NCBI GenBank assembly: GCA_032161105.1
Contig: JAVHTD010000018.1
Direction: 5' to 3' (one strand)
Source: Candidatus Thermosaccharophagus tengchongensis
GTDB lineage: Bacteria; Armatimonadota; Fervidibacteria; Fervidibacterales; Thermosaccharophagaceae
Length of the DNA stretch: 60,322 nt
Position numbers and translations under genes: made by a program. Of this stretch, positions 19,239 through 29,177 are shown one piece after another. The notes beneath the pieces are model-generated. The model was not told the DNA's origin and did no database searches. It worked only from the letters and a program-made list of their open reading frames with translations. The first letter of the stretch is position 1. Each line of letters starts with the position of its first letter.

Positions 19239-20632
19239 CCGTATCTCTCCGGACCCCATTCTTTCCTCACCAACTCCTGCTTGACCAAGACGAGCGTTCG
19301 TGGTGGTAAGTCCTCGTATAGCACGACTCCCGGCCCAACAATGCTATAGCACCCGATCTTACATCCGGGCATGATGATGGCGTTCACTCCAGTTCGGCAA
19401 TAGTCCCCAATGTATGTAGCGTTTGCGCCGATGCGCGGTATCTCTCTCCTTGAGCGGATTGTGTGCACCTTCTCTAAGTCATCAAACCTCAGCGTCCCGC
19501 AAACCGTTGCAGCGCCTATGTCAACCGAACTTCCGACAACGCCGGCAACCTCACAGTAGTGGTAGAAGTAAGCGCCATCAAACGCGATGCCATCAAACTC
19601 GGCGGCGTGCCCGAGTATGCAACCATCGCCGAGAACGGAATTGCTCCCGAGGAGACAATAATCGCGCACCTTGCAATTTCGCCCAATGATGTTGTGACCG
19701 CGAAGTATCGCACCAGTCGTTATGCTTGTCCCGGAGCCAATCCAGGCATGCCCTTGTATCACAACGCCCTTCCCGATCACGCAATTTTCTCCCACGACGA
19801 TATTTCCGGTCACCTCAGCGCCATCCGAAATTTTTGCGCTCGGATGGATGATGCTCCCATCAAGCCTCTCCGACATCTCACGGACGACATGCACCGTCGC
19901 TTCAATCAGATGCCATGGCTTGTCCAAGTCAACGGCAAACCCGGGAACCTCAATTGCTTGCACTTCCTCATCGCCCTCAATCATCATTTGCACCGATTGG
20001 GCAAGCTCCGCTTCCACAGGTGGCATCATGCCTACTTGGACGCTCCTCATGATTCCCGGATTTGATCGGATGTATTTGATGGCGCCTCTGTGGAAGATGA
20101 AAGCCCCAACGAGCCTGTGAGTCACACCGCCCCTTGGATGCCCAAGGATGCATTTTAGCTTGCCGTTGTGCACCGACGCGCAAATCCATTCCCTCATGTC
20201 AAGCTGTCCAATTGGCTGAACGAGCACAGATGCAATTGGTTGCGCATTCTCATGGTGGTGAATCATCACTTGCGTCCATCCATCCGAGATGACCAAATCG
20301 CCGTATGCGACGAGGAATTGTTCTCCGGCTTGTTCGTAGCCGAGTTCGTCAAGTGCGCAAAGCAATGCGTGAGCGGTGCCAAGCTGCTCATCCTGTCTGA
20401 TGAAGACAATGCGTGCCTCATCAAAGTCAAAGAGGGCGTGCCGAACTTGGCTTTCCATGTATCCGACGACAACGGCTATTTGCCTTATGCCGGCGAGTGC
20501 GAGTTGCTCAATAAGCCTCCTTATGGCTGGCTTGTTGGCTATCGGGATGGCGCATTTTTGCCTCGTGTCACAGTATGGGAACATCTTCTTCCCGAAGCCG
20601 GCAGCGAGCACAATCGCAGTTTGAATTGGCAC
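19232..20632 (-). CDS. Bifunctional sugar-1-phosphate nucleotidylyltransferase/acetyltransferase (archaeal-type GlmU-like)
   Basis: LAAGFGKKMFP, EQLGTAHA, YGD, hexapeptide left-handed beta-helix repeats and GTLRFDD...IGDYCRTGVN. GGAGG RBS before a GTG start. Confidence 0.85.
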   Translation of the reverse strand: MPIQTAIVLAAGFGKKMFPYCDTRQKCAIPIANKPAIRRLIEQLALAGIRQIAVVVGYMESQVRHALFDFDEARIVFIRQDEQLGTAHALLCALDELGYEQAGEQFLVAYGDLVISDGWTQVMIHHHENAQPIASVLVQPIGQLDMREWICASVHNGKLKCILGHPRGGVTHRLVGAFIFHRGAIKYIRSNPGIMRSVQVGMMPPVEAELAQSVQMMIEGDEEVQAIEVPGFAVDLDKPWHLIEATVHVVREMSERLDGSIIHPSAKISDGAEVTGNIVVGENCVIGKGVVIQGHAWIGSGTSITTGAILRGHNIIGRNCKVRDYCLLGSNSVLGDGCILGHAAEFDGIAFDGAYFYHYCEVAGVVGSSVDIGAATVCGTLRFDDLEKVHTIRSRREIPRIGANATYIGDYCRTGVNAIIMPGCKIGCYSIVGPGVVLYEDLPPRTLVLVKQELVRKEWGPERYGW

Positions 20633-20673
20633 AATGGGTCACCTCCATTGCGGCAGCTTTGGCTCAACATTGC

Positions 20674-20703
20674 ATTGTAACAGTGGGGATTTGTTCGCAG
20701 CAA
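20674..20703 (-). promoter_or_regulatory. Putative sigma70 promoter for the GlmU-like/hydrolase operon
   Basis: Minus strand reads TTGCTG-18 bp-TACAAT with an extended -10 TG, about 40 nt upstream of the start. Confidence 0.5.
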
Positions 20704-20866
20704 ATGCGCTCCTGTAGATGAGCCATTTCCAATCGGTCACGCATAAATGGCTTTAGCCGCGGGAAGAAGCGCGCCCATTTGCAGTGGCTGTTTAATCGGA
20801 GTTGAGACAGTGCTTTTGAGGCTGCATCGCCCTTTGAGGAAGAAACCGTAAGTAAGGCTGTGCCCA

Positions 20867-22261
20867 TCAACGCTTCTGGTTGCTGAGCCATTCGTCCCAA
20901 TTTGTGTCCTTTGCAAAAGCTAAGTTCGTGTAGCCGATGCCGGTGAGGTCTGCTTTATCAGGTGATGGCAAGTAGATACTCAGTCCGTTCAAGTTGCTTG
21001 AGCTGTTTGTGAACCTGTTTAGGAGAACGGCTCCCTTCAAACGCTCCATGACTTTGTCGGCGGTTGAACGGACAGCTTGGTCGTCAACATACTCTTTGAC
21101 TCTTCGGGCGTAGTCGTAGATGTCCTTGAAATTGAGCCCCTCCATCTCCTGCGAAGCCTCCGCAGCATTTCGTGCATTAGCGAGTTCGTATTCATACCTG
21201 TCTGCTACTCTTTGCAGCTCGTTGGCGAATTCACTTATTGCGTTTGCAAGTGATGCAACCTCTGAGAGCTTAACCACTGAGTTAGCCACATCAGCGATTT
21301 GTCCAACGCTCTGGACATACTTCTCAACGATGACCTTGGCGAGCTCCTGAGGTGTCATTTGCGGATTTTGTTTCAACTCGCCGAGCCAAAGGTCATACCG
21401 ATAGCCTTCAGATGGCGGGCTGAGTTGCGATGCGCACATCAACGAACCGGCGTTGCGGATCTCATATGCCACTTCAACCATGCCCATCAGACATGCATCA
21501 AATGCCACAACATCAATCGGCTTAACCTCGTTCAAGGCATAACCGAGCTCGGGTGTCGTCAAAAAATCCCTATCGGTGTCATCGTAGATGACACCCCTTG
21601 GGTGCATGACGCCAAATTGCGCTATATGCCGAACGCCTTTAGCCCTATATGGTGATGAGTCATCAGCTCCTCTGCCGTGATTCCAGAGGACGAGGGCATA
21701 CCGCTTTGCTGGGTAGTTGGCTTTTGCCCATCTGACAAAATCAATCAATGTCTTTGGAGAGCCCATGTTGACCTCTCCCAAGTCGGCGATCAATTTGGAG
21801 CGTATCGTCCTATCAGGGTGTGCTGAGTTGGGATTATACGATGGGTCGTAGGTGATGAAGTATCGGCGTGTTGTCACCCAGTCTCCGTTTGATCGGTCTC
21901 TCCCGGGAACCCTGTCAAGCTGAATGACGATCGCAAGTCTATCATTTGATCCTACGAGCTCCATCTCGTTCACATCGTCAATCGCATCCGGCTCAAGCGA
22001 TTCCGGGCTCATGTCATCGGCGCTCATGTAAACCATGACAGTCCATTCACGGCTTGTGCTGTTGCTTGGCGGCTTTGCAATGTGGTTTGAATCACACCCA
22101 AGTTGAGGGAGCAAAAGCAGCGCCAACAGGAATGGCGCTATGCCGAAAATATGTTGACGCACGATGCGAATGGTGCTGATGCGATTGCTCGCCAAATTGG
22201 GATTGCCATCCGAGTTGCAAACGCTCACTTTGGCACTCCCCTTTATCAACGCCCGCACCAT
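20867..22261 (-). CDS. Clostripain-family (C11) cysteine peptidase, probable lipoprotein (true start may be downstream, e.g. GTG 22162)
   Basis: WTVMVYMSAD, EVNMG, LWNHGRG (His) and AFDACLMG (Cys); lipobox-like LLLLPQLGC. Confidence 0.92.
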   Translation of the reverse strand: MVRALIKGSAKVSVCNSDGNPNLASNRISTIRIVRQHIFGIAPFLLALLLLPQLGCDSNHIAKPPSNSTSREWTVMVYMSADDMSPESLEPDAIDDVNEMELVGSNDRLAIVIQLDRVPGRDRSNGDWVTTRRYFITYDPSYNPNSAHPDRTIRSKLIADLGEVNMGSPKTLIDFVRWAKANYPAKRYALVLWNHGRGADDSSPYRAKGVRHIAQFGVMHPRGVIYDDTDRDFLTTPELGYALNEVKPIDVVAFDACLMGMVEVAYEIRNAGSLMCASQLSPPSEGYRYDLWLGELKQNPQMTPQELAKVIVEKYVQSVGQIADVANSVVKLSEVASLANAISEFANELQRVADRYEYELANARNAAEASQEMEGLNFKDIYDYARRVKEYVDDQAVRSTADKVMERLKGAVLLNRFTNSSSNLNGLSIYLPSPDKADLTGIGYTNLAFAKDTNWDEWLSNQKR

Positions 22262-22507
22262 GTTTCAAAGTGTGCTTTGCCGCTCAGTGTTTACCCGCGC
22301 CATGTGACAGTGAAAACGAGCCGAAGGAAGTCGTGCCCTCAACTCAATACGCCCCAAGCTGCAAGGGCAGATACCTCTTTTAAAGCCGGCGCTGCGGTTG
22401 TGTGACGGATTCGCATTTGTGCGGGCTATAATGTTAACGGCATGCGCATCACCAGTAAACTGCGATGCAAGCCACACAGCTCTTATTATGCCAGTGGGGT
22501 GATATAG

Positions 22508-25500
22508 ATGTTCAAGCCTCGCTTGCATCAAATTGGAGTTGTCTCATTCATCCTCACACTCTCGGCTATCTTAAGCGCTGCTGCGCAGTCAACTACAGCT
22601 TACACGGAGCTTTATGAAGGTGTTGATGAAGCACGCATAAGGGAAGCGGTTGAGCATTTGAGTTCGCTTGACTCAAGGGTGTGCGGCTATTCTGGTGAAA
22701 GGCAGGCGGCTGAATGGGTCAAGCAGAAGTTTTATGAACTGGGTTTGGATGAGCTTGAGTTGCCAGCACTGAAGGGTGGCAAAGTAACCACGGAGAAATT
22801 GAGGGAGTTAAAGTTCAAGGTCACGACGCCAATTGACAAAGGCGCATCAATTGAGCTGCCGCTGCTGGGCAAGTCGTTCAAGCTTTACCCAATGTGGCCA
22901 AATTTGGTGCGCACACCACAACTCCCACCTGAGGGGATTGAGGGACGAATCATTTATGCCCGCACCGGCAAGCTATCCGAGTTCAGGGGCAAAGATGTGA
23001 AGGGCTCAATAGTGCTGCTTGATTTTGTGACCGGTTCGGAATGGTTCAATGCGCCATTCCTCGGTGCGAGAGCTGTGATATTCATTGAGCCAGATCCAAA
23101 GGATATGGCTCGTTGGGAGGCTGAGCTTAAGTTCCTGACGACGCCAATTGACATACCGCGCTTTTGGATGAGAAGAGATGATGCCATGCAATTGCTCTCC
23201 ATGATTCACCGCAACGGTGAGAAGCCTCTTACTGCGCGCCTGCGTTGCCGCATGGAATGGGAGGAGGTGGAGGTCAAGGATATCCTTGGCGTCATTTGGG
23301 GGACAGACCCATCGCGCAAGAACCAGTTTATCGTTATCAGTGCCTATTATGATTCAATGTCTGTAGTGCCGTCGCTTGCCCCGGGTGCTGAGCAGGCAAA
23401 CTCAATTGCGATACTGCTTGAGCTTGCAAGGCTGTTCAAGAAGATGCCGCTTGATAGGACGGTTGTGTTCCTCGCCACATCCGGGCACTGCTTCGGCTTG
23501 AAAGGTGCTGCTCATTTCATCCGATATTGGTTGGACAAGGAGAATGAGTGGGGGAAAATTACAGCCTCGTATCCAAATGCCGTCGTTCCCCAATTGCTCG
23601 CATTTATTGCCGTTGACATCTCCTCACGCTCACCCACATTCGGCGTCTTCTACAAGGCGCATTTCTTTGATTACACCGAAAACATCCAATGGCAGTTCTC
23701 CGACATAGGCAAGTTCTGCCGTGAGTCAGCCGAGAGGATTGGCTTCACATTTTGGTTTGATGCAGAGCGCTACTTCGTTGACGGCATTAACCCAATCAAG
23801 GGCAAGAACTGGAGGACATACCTTCCGGGGATGCTTGCGCTTGATAGCGAAGTTGCAACCGTTGCCGGTAAGACGGGCATAGGCTTTGCCACTGTTGATG
23901 ATGCCCGTCCGCTCGTTGATACGCCTCATGACATGACAAGCTATGTGAACTTTGAAAATGTGGTCAGGCAAGCGAGGATGCTATCTTGCATGCTCTACGA
24001 CCTCATAAACGCTCCGACCAGCCTATTGAAGTTGCAGCTTGAGAACAATTTCTCAATCGTCAAAGGACAGCTCATTTGGTTTGACCCGGAAAAGAGCACA
24101 ACGAGCGTCCCAGATCAACCCGTTAAGGGTGCAATAGCATGCATGCGCCATACGGCTGTGCCAAAGAAAACAATGATGGGAGTCAGAACTGTTCTGTTTG
24201 ACAAGGTTGAGCGGTTGCCACTCGGGAAAAGAACGCAAATCCCGTATGGTCCGCTTGTGCTCATCATCCTCGTTGCGACATGCGCATCTGTGCTCTCTGG
24301 TATGGCAAAGCGCACCAAAAAGTCAATAGCCATTGGGATACTTGTTGCCATAGTGATTGATGCAGCCATAATTTGGTTCCGTCACCCGATAGCTTACTTG
24401 CTTGCTGGTAAGCCGAAGGTCGAGGAGGAGTTGAAGGATGCCGTTTTTGAGTTTGTTGGCTTCCCGCAGTCTAAGTTCAGAGGGGGCAACATACGGGTCG
24501 AGGGTTACAGGCTTAATCCTGTGACCGGAGAGATTGATTACGCGCCGGACATGGGCTTCAATGGTGCGCAGGCATGCCCAATTGAGTTTGCAATTGATGT
24601 GGCTGACAAGCAGACTTCGGTTGTGCTTTTCCCGTGCAAGCCTATGGCGATATTTGACATGATTGACCAAAGGCGCTTTTGGTTGCTGCGCGAAATCTAC
24701 ATCTACGATGCCGTCACCGGTGCCGAGCCATTCAACTACGGCTATTCGCTACCTGTGCCGCAACCACTGACATCACACTATGAGCCATGTGCTGTTGTAT
24801 ATGCGACTCCGGGAACAAGGGTAAAGGTGACGATGGGCGCTACGGTGCTTGGGTTGCTTTTCACCTTACTCAACACCGATAAGCAGCTCATTGACCGCCC
24901 CGAACTCGTCCAACACGCAACTGACGATCAATACCTCGGAGTTGGCTTCAAAGTTGATGACCACCCGTCTATACCGATAACGCCATACGAAGTGGCACAG
25001 GATATGTGGGTGATTGACCATCAAAGGATTATCAAGCTGCGCCGCTACGGAATAGAGAATGAGCGCATGCGCATGATGCACGAGCAGGCGAGGGAGTTCC
25101 TGCTTGAGGCGAGGAAGGAACTTGAGAAGCGCAACTATGACACATTCGTCACATTCGCGAGGGCTGCATGGAGCTACGAATCAAAGGCATACCCAGATGT
25201 CCGAAAGACAGCAATGGATGTCATCAAGGGCATCATCTTCTACCTCATGCTCCTTCTCCCGTTCGCTTACTTCTGTGAGCGCCTCTTCTTCTACATGACC
25301 GACTTGAAGTGGCAGATAGCTGTGACGGTCCTCATATTTGCTGTCATCTCGTTCATCATGAGATACTTCCACCCAGCATTTGCCATCATCAACACTACCC
25401 CGATGGTCATCATACTCGGCTTCATCATACTCGCGCTCTCAATCGTCGTCTCCGTCATAGTCATGCGCAAGTTTGAGGACCAGATGCGCCAGATAAAGTT

Positions 25501-27355
25501 TGAGACAACCGGAATACACACAGCCGATGTTGGCAGGTTCACAGCAGTTGCATCGGCTTTCTCTCTTGGCGTGGGTAACATGCGCCGAAGGAAAGCTCGC
25601 ACTGTCTTGACCGCCACCACGCTCATCTTGCTCACATTCACCGTTATCTCGTTCACATCTGTTGTCCCGACAACGCGCATCAACATGATTCCGGTTAAAC
25701 GGGCGGAGCCAACTTATAGGGGCATTTTGATAAGGAGCCGAAACTGGGATCCGCTTGGTGAGCCGACAACGCGCATCATAAGGGATCAATACGGACGAAA
25801 GTATACGGTTGCCCCGAGGGCATGGTATTTCTCGGCGATGGTTGGGGAACAATCATTCATTAGGGTTTGGCATGGCACACGATATTACGATGTGACCGCG
25901 ATAGTTGGCATGTCGCCACAGGAGGAGAAGGTGACGAACATCAAGGAAGCCGTAATAGGCAGCTGGCTCACATCGGAGACGGAGCCGCAGTGCCTAATAC
26001 CGTTACGCATGGCGAGATGGTTTGGAATAAGGGAGAGGGACATACTTGAGGGCGAGAAGACATTCATACAGGTGCTCGGGATGAGAGTCCCCGTCATCGG
26101 CATCATAGACTCCGAGAAAATGAAGAAGGTCGTTGACCTTGATGGCGAGATGCTAACCCCAGTTGACTACCTGATGATGCAAGAGAGAAGACGAGTCCAA
26201 GAGCAACCAACAGGTCAAGAGGCTATGGAGCTTGAGGAATACATTCACCTATCGCCGGATCAGGTCATCATTATGCCGTATGGTATGCTAATGTCAGCTG
26301 GTGGCAACCTTCGCTCTGTGGCGATAAGGTTTGACTGGAAGGATAGGAAGGAAGCAATGAGAGAGCTCAGGCAAATGATGGACAGAGTTGAGCTCAACTT
26401 GTTTGCATCAATTCCGGAGAGGGGCAAGCTCACAACATACCTTTGTAGCGCTATTGGCGCAACTGGGTTGAGAGGGGTTGAGAGCATTTGGATTCCGATG
26501 CTTATAGCTGCACTTGTTGTGCTGACAACGATGCTCGGTTCGGTATATGAGCGAGTCCGTGAGATCGGAATTTACACTGCACTTGGGCTTGCCCCAAGCC
26601 ACATCGGAGCGCTCTTCCTCGCCGAGTCATCAGTGTATGCAGTTCTCGGAGCAATCGTTGGATACTTGATTGGTCAGGTGATCGCAAAGCTACATGTGGC
26701 ATACAACCTGTTTGCTGGCTTGAGCTTGAACTATTCCTCACTTGCTGCCGTGTTTACAACCGCATTCGTCATGCTCGTCGTAATCGCATCAACTGCATAT
26801 CCAGCATGGCAGGCTTCAAGGGTATCCGTGCCCGGAATTGAAAGGCGCTGGAAGTTGCCCGAACCTGAGGGTGACTACTTGAGGATGACACTGCCATTTA
26901 CAGTTGCAAATGTGCAGGCACTCGGCGTCATCGCTTTCCTCAAGGAATACCTTGAGGCGCATGCCGACTACTCACTCGGTCAGTTCTCAACCGACAAAGT
27001 GCTCCTCTCCTCCTACAGCACCGAGTATGGCGAAGGCTACAGGCTTGAGGCTATGGTCTGGCTTGCTCCGTATGACCTCGGTGTAAGTGAATACTTCATC
27101 CTTGAGACGCAGCCAACGAAGGACATATTTGCAAACGAGATCCACATCACGATCAGGCGTGAGAGCGGTGACGAAGCCTCATGGATGCGCGTGACGAGAA
27201 ACTTCCTCAACCTCATCCGCAAGCAATTCCTCATATGGCGCACATTCCGAGTTGAGATAAAAGAGCGCTACAGGGAGATGGGCTTTGAAGCACTTATGGA
27301 AGCCAAGGGTGCAATTGAAAGGACATTGACTGAGGGTTCCAGCAGTGGTGAATAA
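22508..27355 (+). CDS. M28-like (PA-containing, degenerate) ectodomain fused to a MacB/FtsX-type ABC permease
   Basis: Signal peptide; PA-like GRIIYARTG..DVKGSIVLLDF; M28-like SAYYDS..APGAEQ..LLELAR; multiple TM helices; MacB-type NMRRRKARTVLT and VYERVREIGIYTALG. Confidence 0.85.
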   Translation: MFKPRLHQIGVVSFILTLSAILSAAAQSTTAYTELYEGVDEARIREAVEHLSSLDSRVCGYSGERQAAEWVKQKFYELGLDELELPALKGGKVTTEKLRELKFKVTTPIDKGASIELPLLGKSFKLYPMWPNLVRTPQLPPEGIEGRIIYARTGKLSEFRGKDVKGSIVLLDFVTGSEWFNAPFLGARAVIFIEPDPKDMARWEAELKFLTTPIDIPRFWMRRDDAMQLLSMIHRNGEKPLTARLRCRMEWEEVEVKDILGVIWGTDPSRKNQFIVISAYYDSMSVVPSLAPGAEQANSIAILLELARLFKKMPLDRTVVFLATSGHCFGLKGAAHFIRYWLDKENEWGKITASYPNAVVPQLLAFIAVDISSRSPTFGVFYKAHFFDYTENIQWQFSDIGKFCRESAERIGFTFWFDAERYFVDGINPIKGKNWRTYLPGMLALDSEVATVAGKTGIGFATVDDARPLVDTPHDMTSYVNFENVVRQARMLSCMLYDLINAPTSLLKLQLENNFSIVKGQLIWFDPEKSTTSVPDQPVKGAIACMRHTAVPKKTMMGVRTVLFDKVERLPLGKRTQIPYGPLVLIILVATCASVLSGMAKRTKKSIAIGILVAIVIDAAIIWFRHPIAYLLAGKPKVEEELKDAVFEFVGFPQSKFRGGNIRVEGYRLNPVTGEIDYAPDMGFNGAQACPIEFAIDVADKQTSVVLFPCKPMAIFDMIDQRRFWLLREIYIYDAVTGAEPFNYGYSLPVPQPLTSHYEPCAVVYATPGTRVKVTMGATVLGLLFTLLNTDKQLIDRPELVQHATDDQYLGVGFKVDDHPSIPITPYEVAQDMWVIDHQRIIKLRRYGIENERMRMMHEQAREFLLEARKELEKRNYDTFVTFARAAWSYESKAYPDVRKTAMDVIKGIIFYLMLLLPFAYFCERLFFYMTDLKWQIAVTVLIFAVISFIMRYFHPAFAIINTTPMVIILGFIILALSIVVSVIVMRKFEDQMRQIKFETTGIHTADVGRFTAVASAFSLGVGNMRRRKARTVLTATTLILLTFTVISFTSVVPTTRINMIPVKRAEPTYRGILIRSRNWDPLGEPTTRIIRDQYGRKYTVAPRAWYFSAMVGEQSFIRVWHGTRYYDVTAIVGMSPQEEKVTNIKEAVIGSWLTSETEPQCLIPLRMARWFGIRERDILEGEKTFIQVLGMRVPVIGIIDSEKMKKVVDLDGEMLTPVDYLMMQERRRVQEQPTGQEAMELEEYIHLSPDQVIIMPYGMLMSAGGNLRSVAIRFDWKDRKEAMRELRQMMDRVELNLFASIPERGKLTTYLCSAIGATGLRGVESIWIPMLIAALVVLTTMLGSVYERVREIGIYTALGLAPSHIGALFLAESSVYAVLGAIVGYLIGQVIAKLHVAYNLFAGLSLNYSSLAAVFTTAFVMLVVIASTAYPAWQASRVSVPGIERRWKLPEPEGDYLRMTLPFTVANVQALGVIAFLKEYLEAHADYSLGQFSTDKVLLSSYSTEYGEGYRLEAMVWLAPYDLGVSEYFILETQPTKDIFANEIHITIRRESGDEASWMRVTRNFLNLIRKQFLIWRTFRVEIKERYREMGFEALMEAKGAIERTLTEGSSSGE

Positions 27356-27682
27356 ATGCGACTAAAGGATTTGGGGCTCCTGTGTTGAATTTGACGGCTT
27401 ACGGGATTGCTGCCCCAAGTTGCGTTGCTCTCTTTCCCTATCGGTAGTCATGCGCCTTTGACCGACTGTCATACAACGGTCATTCCATGCTGCAACTTGT
27501 ATGCCAATGGCACATCATGCCATTTGCGCTATAGTGAAATAGTGATGTGAAGCAACTTAAACAAGAGATAAGTTTGGTGAAATAAGTTTGCAAGGGTGAA
27601 CGATAAATGTAGCATAGCTCGCTTTGAAGCAAGGGTGCAAAACTAAGACCACGATACTTGAACACGCGGAGGTGTTTGAGAG

Positions 27683-27970
27683 ATGCTTAAAACGGAAGAC
27701 GGACGCACATGGGTAAGCCTTGAAGAAGCGCGAGAGGAATTCGGAATTACATATGCCACACTTCACCGTCTCCACAGGAGAGGCTCAATTGATAGCCTGA
27801 GGCTGCATCAAAGGGCTATTTTACTTGACTATGATCAACTCAAATTCTGGTATGAGCGCTTCTACCGAAAGACGGCAGCTGAGAAGGTTCGCCAGATGTG
27901 GCAGCAGCGCAAAGAGGAGATCGCCGCAAAGATCAAAGCCGCAAGAAAGGCAAGAAAGAAACGCTCTTAA
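27683..27970 (+). CDS. Small excisionase/MerR-like helix-turn-helix DNA-binding protein
   Basis: WVSLEEAREEFGITYATLHRLHRRGSI followed by a wing and a basic C-terminal helix; GGAGG RBS. Confidence 0.75.
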   Translation: MLKTEDGRTWVSLEEAREEFGITYATLHRLHRRGSIDSLRLHQRAILLDYDQLKFWYERFYRKTAAEKVRQMWQQRKEEIAAKIKAARKARKKRS

Positions 27971-27980
27971 GCCATCCCAC

Positions 27981-28934
27981 TTAGCTTCCCCCAATGCGTG
28001 AGTGAGCAACCTTTGTCCACTTGCGGACCGACCATACGATTGCAACTGTTGGGACTCCAAAGAAAAGACCGAACATGAGTATCCATATGACCGCAGTGAG
28101 CAGCAGGCGTGCAGTCGTTACAACACTGCGAAATGCATCGGAAATTACTTTGACAACGCTGAATGCAGCAACTGGCAGAGGGCGCGGGCGAAATTCAAGT
28201 AGCGTTACTTTGATGGTTGAGAAAGCAGTCCTGTGCTTAAGGTAGCGTAACCTGCCCTCAAGACTCTCAATCTCGCTTCGCCTGTTGGATAATTCTCTCT
28301 CAACGCTGAGCAGCTCGCTTACCTTGCCAGTGCGCTTCAGCAATTCAAGGAGGTGTTCTTCAGAGCGCTTCAGGTTGCGAAGGCGTGCTTCAATGTCTAC
28401 GAACTCCTCGGTTACATCTTCAATCTCCTCAGTGAAGTCTGTGACCTGTCCAAGTTTTTGTAGGTGCTGCAGTGTCTCTTTGTATTGTTCTGATGGGACT
28501 CGCAGGACAATTTGAGCACTCCAATGACCGTCTCTTTGGCGTTGCGAAACATGCGACACATAGCCTTTCATACTGGTAGCCAGTTGTCTAATTTGGTTTA
28601 TCGCCTTTGGCACATCCTCAACTCGCAGCGATATGCTTGTAGTCCGTATGAGCATAGGTTGGACGGCAACCAATTTCAGCTGTGATGTAACCTGTGGTTG
28701 TGCCAATTGCGTTGGTTGCAATGGTGGTGGCGGTGCTGATGGCAAGGGCACTTCCTCTGGCAATGGTGGTGGCGATGCTGACTCCAAGGGCTCTCCCTCT
28801 AAGCCCGCTGTTACTGTAATCAACCGTAAGAAGATAATGAAATTGAAGAATTCAAGGAAAAGGATTGCAAGCACGACGATCACGCCAATAGCTATGAGTG
28901 TGATTTTGAACCATCGCTTTAGCATCGCCATCAT
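27981..28934 (-). CDS. DUF4349-domain membrane protein
   Basis: N-terminal TM, Pro-rich linker, LRVPSE, EDVTEEFVDIEARL coiled coil, FSTIKVTL and a C-terminal TM. Confidence 0.9.
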   Translation of the reverse strand: MMAMLKRWFKITLIAIGVIVVLAILFLEFFNFIIFLRLITVTAGLEGEPLESASPPPLPEEVPLPSAPPPPLQPTQLAQPQVTSQLKLVAVQPMLIRTTSISLRVEDVPKAINQIRQLATSMKGYVSHVSQRQRDGHWSAQIVLRVPSEQYKETLQHLQKLGQVTDFTEEIEDVTEEFVDIEARLRNLKRSEEHLLELLKRTGKVSELLSVERELSNRRSEIESLEGRLRYLKHRTAFSTIKVTLLEFRPRPLPVAAFSVVKVISDAFRSVVTTARLLLTAVIWILMFGLFFGVPTVAIVWSVRKWTKVAHSRIGGS

Positions 28935-29177
28935 CCCTCCATGAGCTATAACTGGCTCAGGTGTTGAAGCGCAACACCTTCATTGCACAACTATAACACA
29001 AGTTGGGTAGCATCGTTGCAGTAATGCATGAGTGGAGTTTTGCCTGATGGTTGTGTGTCCATCAATGCTGCTTCACTCTTGGTTGATGACATGGGTCAAA
29101 TTACGCAGTTGAGGATGGCAACTAAGCTTACCACACTGCGTCTAAGGTGATAGGATACTAACCTGAGGAGGTGCTGG

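Noticed and set aside
27600..27680. c-di-GMP-I riboswitch suggested by GCAAAAC
   Set aside because: The GNRA-capped first stem and the second-stem motif are not present.
27683..27970. Prophage or integrative element
   Set aside because: No integrase, att repeats or phage genes in the window.
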